A stretch of DNA of 63,935 nt, filler included, from Klebsormidium nitens (lineage: Eukaryota; Plantae; Klebsormidiophyceae), in assembly GCA_000708835.1 (NCBI GenBank). It is 7 parts of 7 records of this genome, joined end to end, with 100 filler letters (N's around TTAATTAATTAA, not from the genome) between each part and the next. Parts side by side here need not be neighbours in the genome. Positions count along the whole stretch, not along the records: positions 61,420 to 63,935 come from DF238675.1; 6 more parts are not named here. The stretch is one strand, 5' to 3'. Shown here in pieces: positions 61,522 through 63,935 of the stretch (positions within the stretch are counted from its first letter, which is position 1; every line of letters begins with the position of its first letter). The notes beneath the pieces were generated by a model. It made no database searches, had not been told where the DNA came from, and saw nothing but the letters and a program-made list of their open reading frames with translations. The translations under genes were made by a program, and so were the position numbers.

Positions 61522-63935
61522 ATGGCTTCCATTCCCCCCACCCCCATCCAGCCTGTCATCGTCAACATCTACACGCGCGAGGAGCTTTCCGCGGCCGGGC
61601 ATCTTGACATGTTCGCCAAACGGACCACAAAATCTGACGCCCTGAAGTTGACCACCACGGCGCACAAGATTCGCAAGAACCCCGGCATCCCCACCCTGGT
61701 GAAGGACCTGGCCTCCTTCGCGCGCACCATCTTCGGCATCACCACCACCCCCGTTGACATGCTGCGCGGCGGCGACCTGGTCTTTCAGCGCATCATCACG
61801 GCGGATGCAGCGGGGCCCTTCACTCTTCCTCCATCGGCGACAGACGTCCCCGATCCACGGGCGGGGTACAGCCTGGGGTTCATGCTGATTCAGGTGCTTC
61901 CCCGCCCCCCCCTCCGTGCAGTTAAGTTCTACCACCCGGCGACCGAGATCCTCGCCTTTCAGCTGGCAGCCGATGGCACAGCCGTTTACCTTTTGCTCCC
62001 GGCCTATTTCGTTCAGACGCTAGCTGGCGCACAGGCGGCCATGGATGAGTGGTTTACAGCTGAGCGTCTGGCGGTCATTCCTGGGGAGCTTGTCAGGCTG
62101 GAGGCTTCCTCGCTTAGTCATGCCCTCGTCCTTCGTGCCCCCCCGCCTGCCCCTGAGCCAGCAGCAGCTAGTGCCCCCCCCCGTCTTCAGACAGCAGAGC
62201 TTGCGCAGTCGCTCCTTCCCCTTGGGACGATCATTCTAGGCGACAGGACCCGCTCCGCTTCCGACCTGCTCGCTGCACTCCGTGGCGCTGGCGTCACCAC
62301 TGCCATGCTTCCTAGCGCTCCCACTCGTGAGGAGAGCACTACTGGCCCCCCGCAGTACGCTTTCCTTGCTGGCGCCATTTCCCATGTGCCCGCACTGCTC
62401 ATCCACCTTCAGGACGTTGCCTCTGCGGGCTGCGCGCCTGCTCTGACCAGCTACCTTCCGCCCAGCGCTGGGAAGGGCGTCCCTTACCAGCTTCAGCAGA
62501 GCTGCTTTATCGCCCAGAGCGTTCTTTCCCGCTTTTCGAGCACCCAGTCCGCAGCAGCTTCCATCCAGAGCGTTCTCCGCACGTTTGAGCGCTTCTCCTC
62601 GGTCGACGTCTTGATCATGCCTGATCAGGGCAGAGAGGACCCCGTCTTGGGCCGCTGCACCCTCGTCCGGATCTTTTCCTCCAGCATCACCACCTTCATC
62701 GCGTGGCTTGACGAGTTCCCCGACGGCGTCCCCATTTCGATCACACTCCCCGACGGCACTCAGGTAAATAATCTATCCTGTGAGCACCTATTAGCAATCC
62801 GACTGCACGCAGTGCTAGTTGTACGTCCGCCTCCACTGCTGTCAACAAAATTGTTTTTGCTGCGTTCCCTCCCACCTTTCCACACGCGTTTCATGTGCTG
62901 CAAGTCTTACCCAAATCTACTTTCGTTAGCTCGACTGTTTTTGGATCTCACCTCTGCGCCCCTAATTTGCTTCCATACAACCCCCCTTTTGCACTCTCAC
63001 CAAGTATTTGAACCCATTGCAACTCCTTGTTTCCCTCTGCTCTTCTCTTTTTCCCTCAATCTGTTCTTGAAGCATCCGTCTACACTCTATTCAAACATGC
63101 AAGGATGTAATCTACATTCAACCGCGCACAACGTCTCTTTTCCCCCTCAGGTGACCCCCTGCCTCAAGCTCCGCGCCCCCTCCTACGGCTACGTTAAGTA
63201 CAGCCCGGGGGACTCTCTCCTCACTGCCGCTGACACCCAGCTCCTCATGACCTGCGACGACCCCCAGGCCCTGCTGCTCGCGGGTCTTACCATGGCGCGC
63301 GTCCTTTATGGCCTGGACCCGCTCACCACGCAGGATGAGGACGACGTTGTCTTCACAGAGGAGGACGTGGCCGGCAACCCGACCCTCGGCTTCAGCACGG
63401 GGGCAGTGCTGGCTGTCATCCTCACCCAGACTGGGCTCTCTGTCTACCCGGAGGGCACGGCGCACCCCCAGAACAAAATCACGGTCTGCCCGTTCCTTCG
63501 CAGCGTGGCAAACTCTGTTAAGCACGTCAAGGGCCAGCGCACCCCACCTTTCGAACAGCTGACGTACAACCGGTTCCCCGCAGTCGCTCCTATTGTCACG
63601 AAGCTGATTGCCGCCAGCACTGAAGCCCCAGCACGCGACAGGGCGGTGGCGACGGCCCCATTGATTGTTGACATCACCGCGATCGGCCCAGGTGACACGT
63701 CTGACCCCCTCTTGTCTCGCTCAGCACGATTGCTTCTTCTCAATAGCCATTACCTCAAGACCATGCCGCAAATGATCGAAATCTTCAAGCTGCTTCATCA
63801 CTTTCTTCTAACCGCTCCAATTTCCTCTGCCCCAATGGTCATCCTCGTGCATTCAGACCAAGGGCCCCCCTTACGGATCCCCTTACCTCGCACAGTGCCG
63901 CGTTGTCCCCTACAGGTGCGGATGCGGACATGTCT
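61522..63935 (+). CDS. Long unknown protein, open to the window end and absent from the ORF track
   Basis: ATG at 61522 (MASIPPTPIQPVIVNIY..); my hand translation finds no stop through 63935. C-rich strand; probable intron 62764-63150. Confidence 0.7.
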   Translation, partial: MASIPPTPIQPVIVNIYTREELSAAGHLDMFAKRTTKSDALKLTTTAHKIRKNPGIPTLVKDLASFARTIFGITTTPVDMLRGGDLVFQRIITADAAGPFTLPPSATDVPDPRAGYSLGFMLIQVLPRPPLRAVKFYHPATEILAFQLAADGTAVYLLLPAYFVQTLAGAQAAMDEWFTAERLAVIPGELVRLEASSLSHALVLRAPPPAPEPAAASAPPRLQTAELAQSLLPLGTIILGDRTRSASDLLAALRGAGVTTAMLPSAPTREESTTGPPQYAFLAGAISHVPALLIHLQDVASAGCAPALTSYLPPSAGKGVPYQLQQSCFIAQSVLSRFSSTQSAAASIQSVLRTFERFSSVDVLIMPDQGREDPVLGRCTLVRIFSSSITTFIAWLDEFPDGVPISITLPDGTQVNNLSCEHLLAIRLHAVLVVRPPPLLSTKLFLLRSLPPFHTRFMCCKSYPNLLSLARLFLDLTSAPLICFHTTPLLHSHQVFEPIATPCFPLLFSFSLNLFLKHPSTLYSNMQGCNLHSTAHNVSFPPQVTPCLKLRAPSYGYVKYSPGDSLLTAADTQLLMTCDDPQALLLAGLTMARVLYGLDPLTTQDEDDVVFTEEDVAGNPTLGFSTGAVLAVILTQTGLSVYPEGTAHPQNKITVCPFLRSVANSVKHVKGQRTPPFEQLTYNRFPAVAPIVTKLIAASTEAPARDRAVATAPLIVDITAIGPGDTSDPLLSRSARLLLLNSHYLKTMPQMIEIFKLLHHFLLTAPISSAPMVILVHSDQGPPLRIPLPRTVPRCPLQVRMRTC

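Overview
Eukaryotic, repeat-rich, gapped scaffold. It has GT-AG introns and N-gaps with a TTAATTAATTAA linker; a green-algal or streptophyte origin is my inference. The window consists almost entirely of mobile DNA. (1) 1-13.4 kb: an element bounded by inverted ~70-bp repeat arrays carries three spliced genes: a CxC5/CxC6 KDZ-type transposase with an internal chromodomain, a DUF3987-like P-loop ATPase and a eukaryotic-type PrimPol. It is a candidate self-synthesizing KDZ transposon. (2) 13.6-19.5 kb and 26.6-32.1 kb: two diverged, syntenic copies of a five-gene virus-like element (two unknown ORFs, tyrosine recombinase, small antisense Cys-motif ORF, Prim-Pol/SF3 helicase) with no recognisable capsid gene. 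(3) Two more KDZ transposases at 20.3-24.9 kb and 34.2-36.0 kb, one with an antisense gene nested in its intron. (4) Decayed Ty1/copia pieces. (5) An intronless giant-virus-like contig at 42.0-48.7 kb (PCNA, thioredoxin-like ORF, ~1700-aa coiled coil). (6) A Helitron/Helentron remnant, two TTAA-flanked MITEs, and a long open frame running off the right end that the ORF track omits. Family assignments come from motif recognition only; no searches were run.
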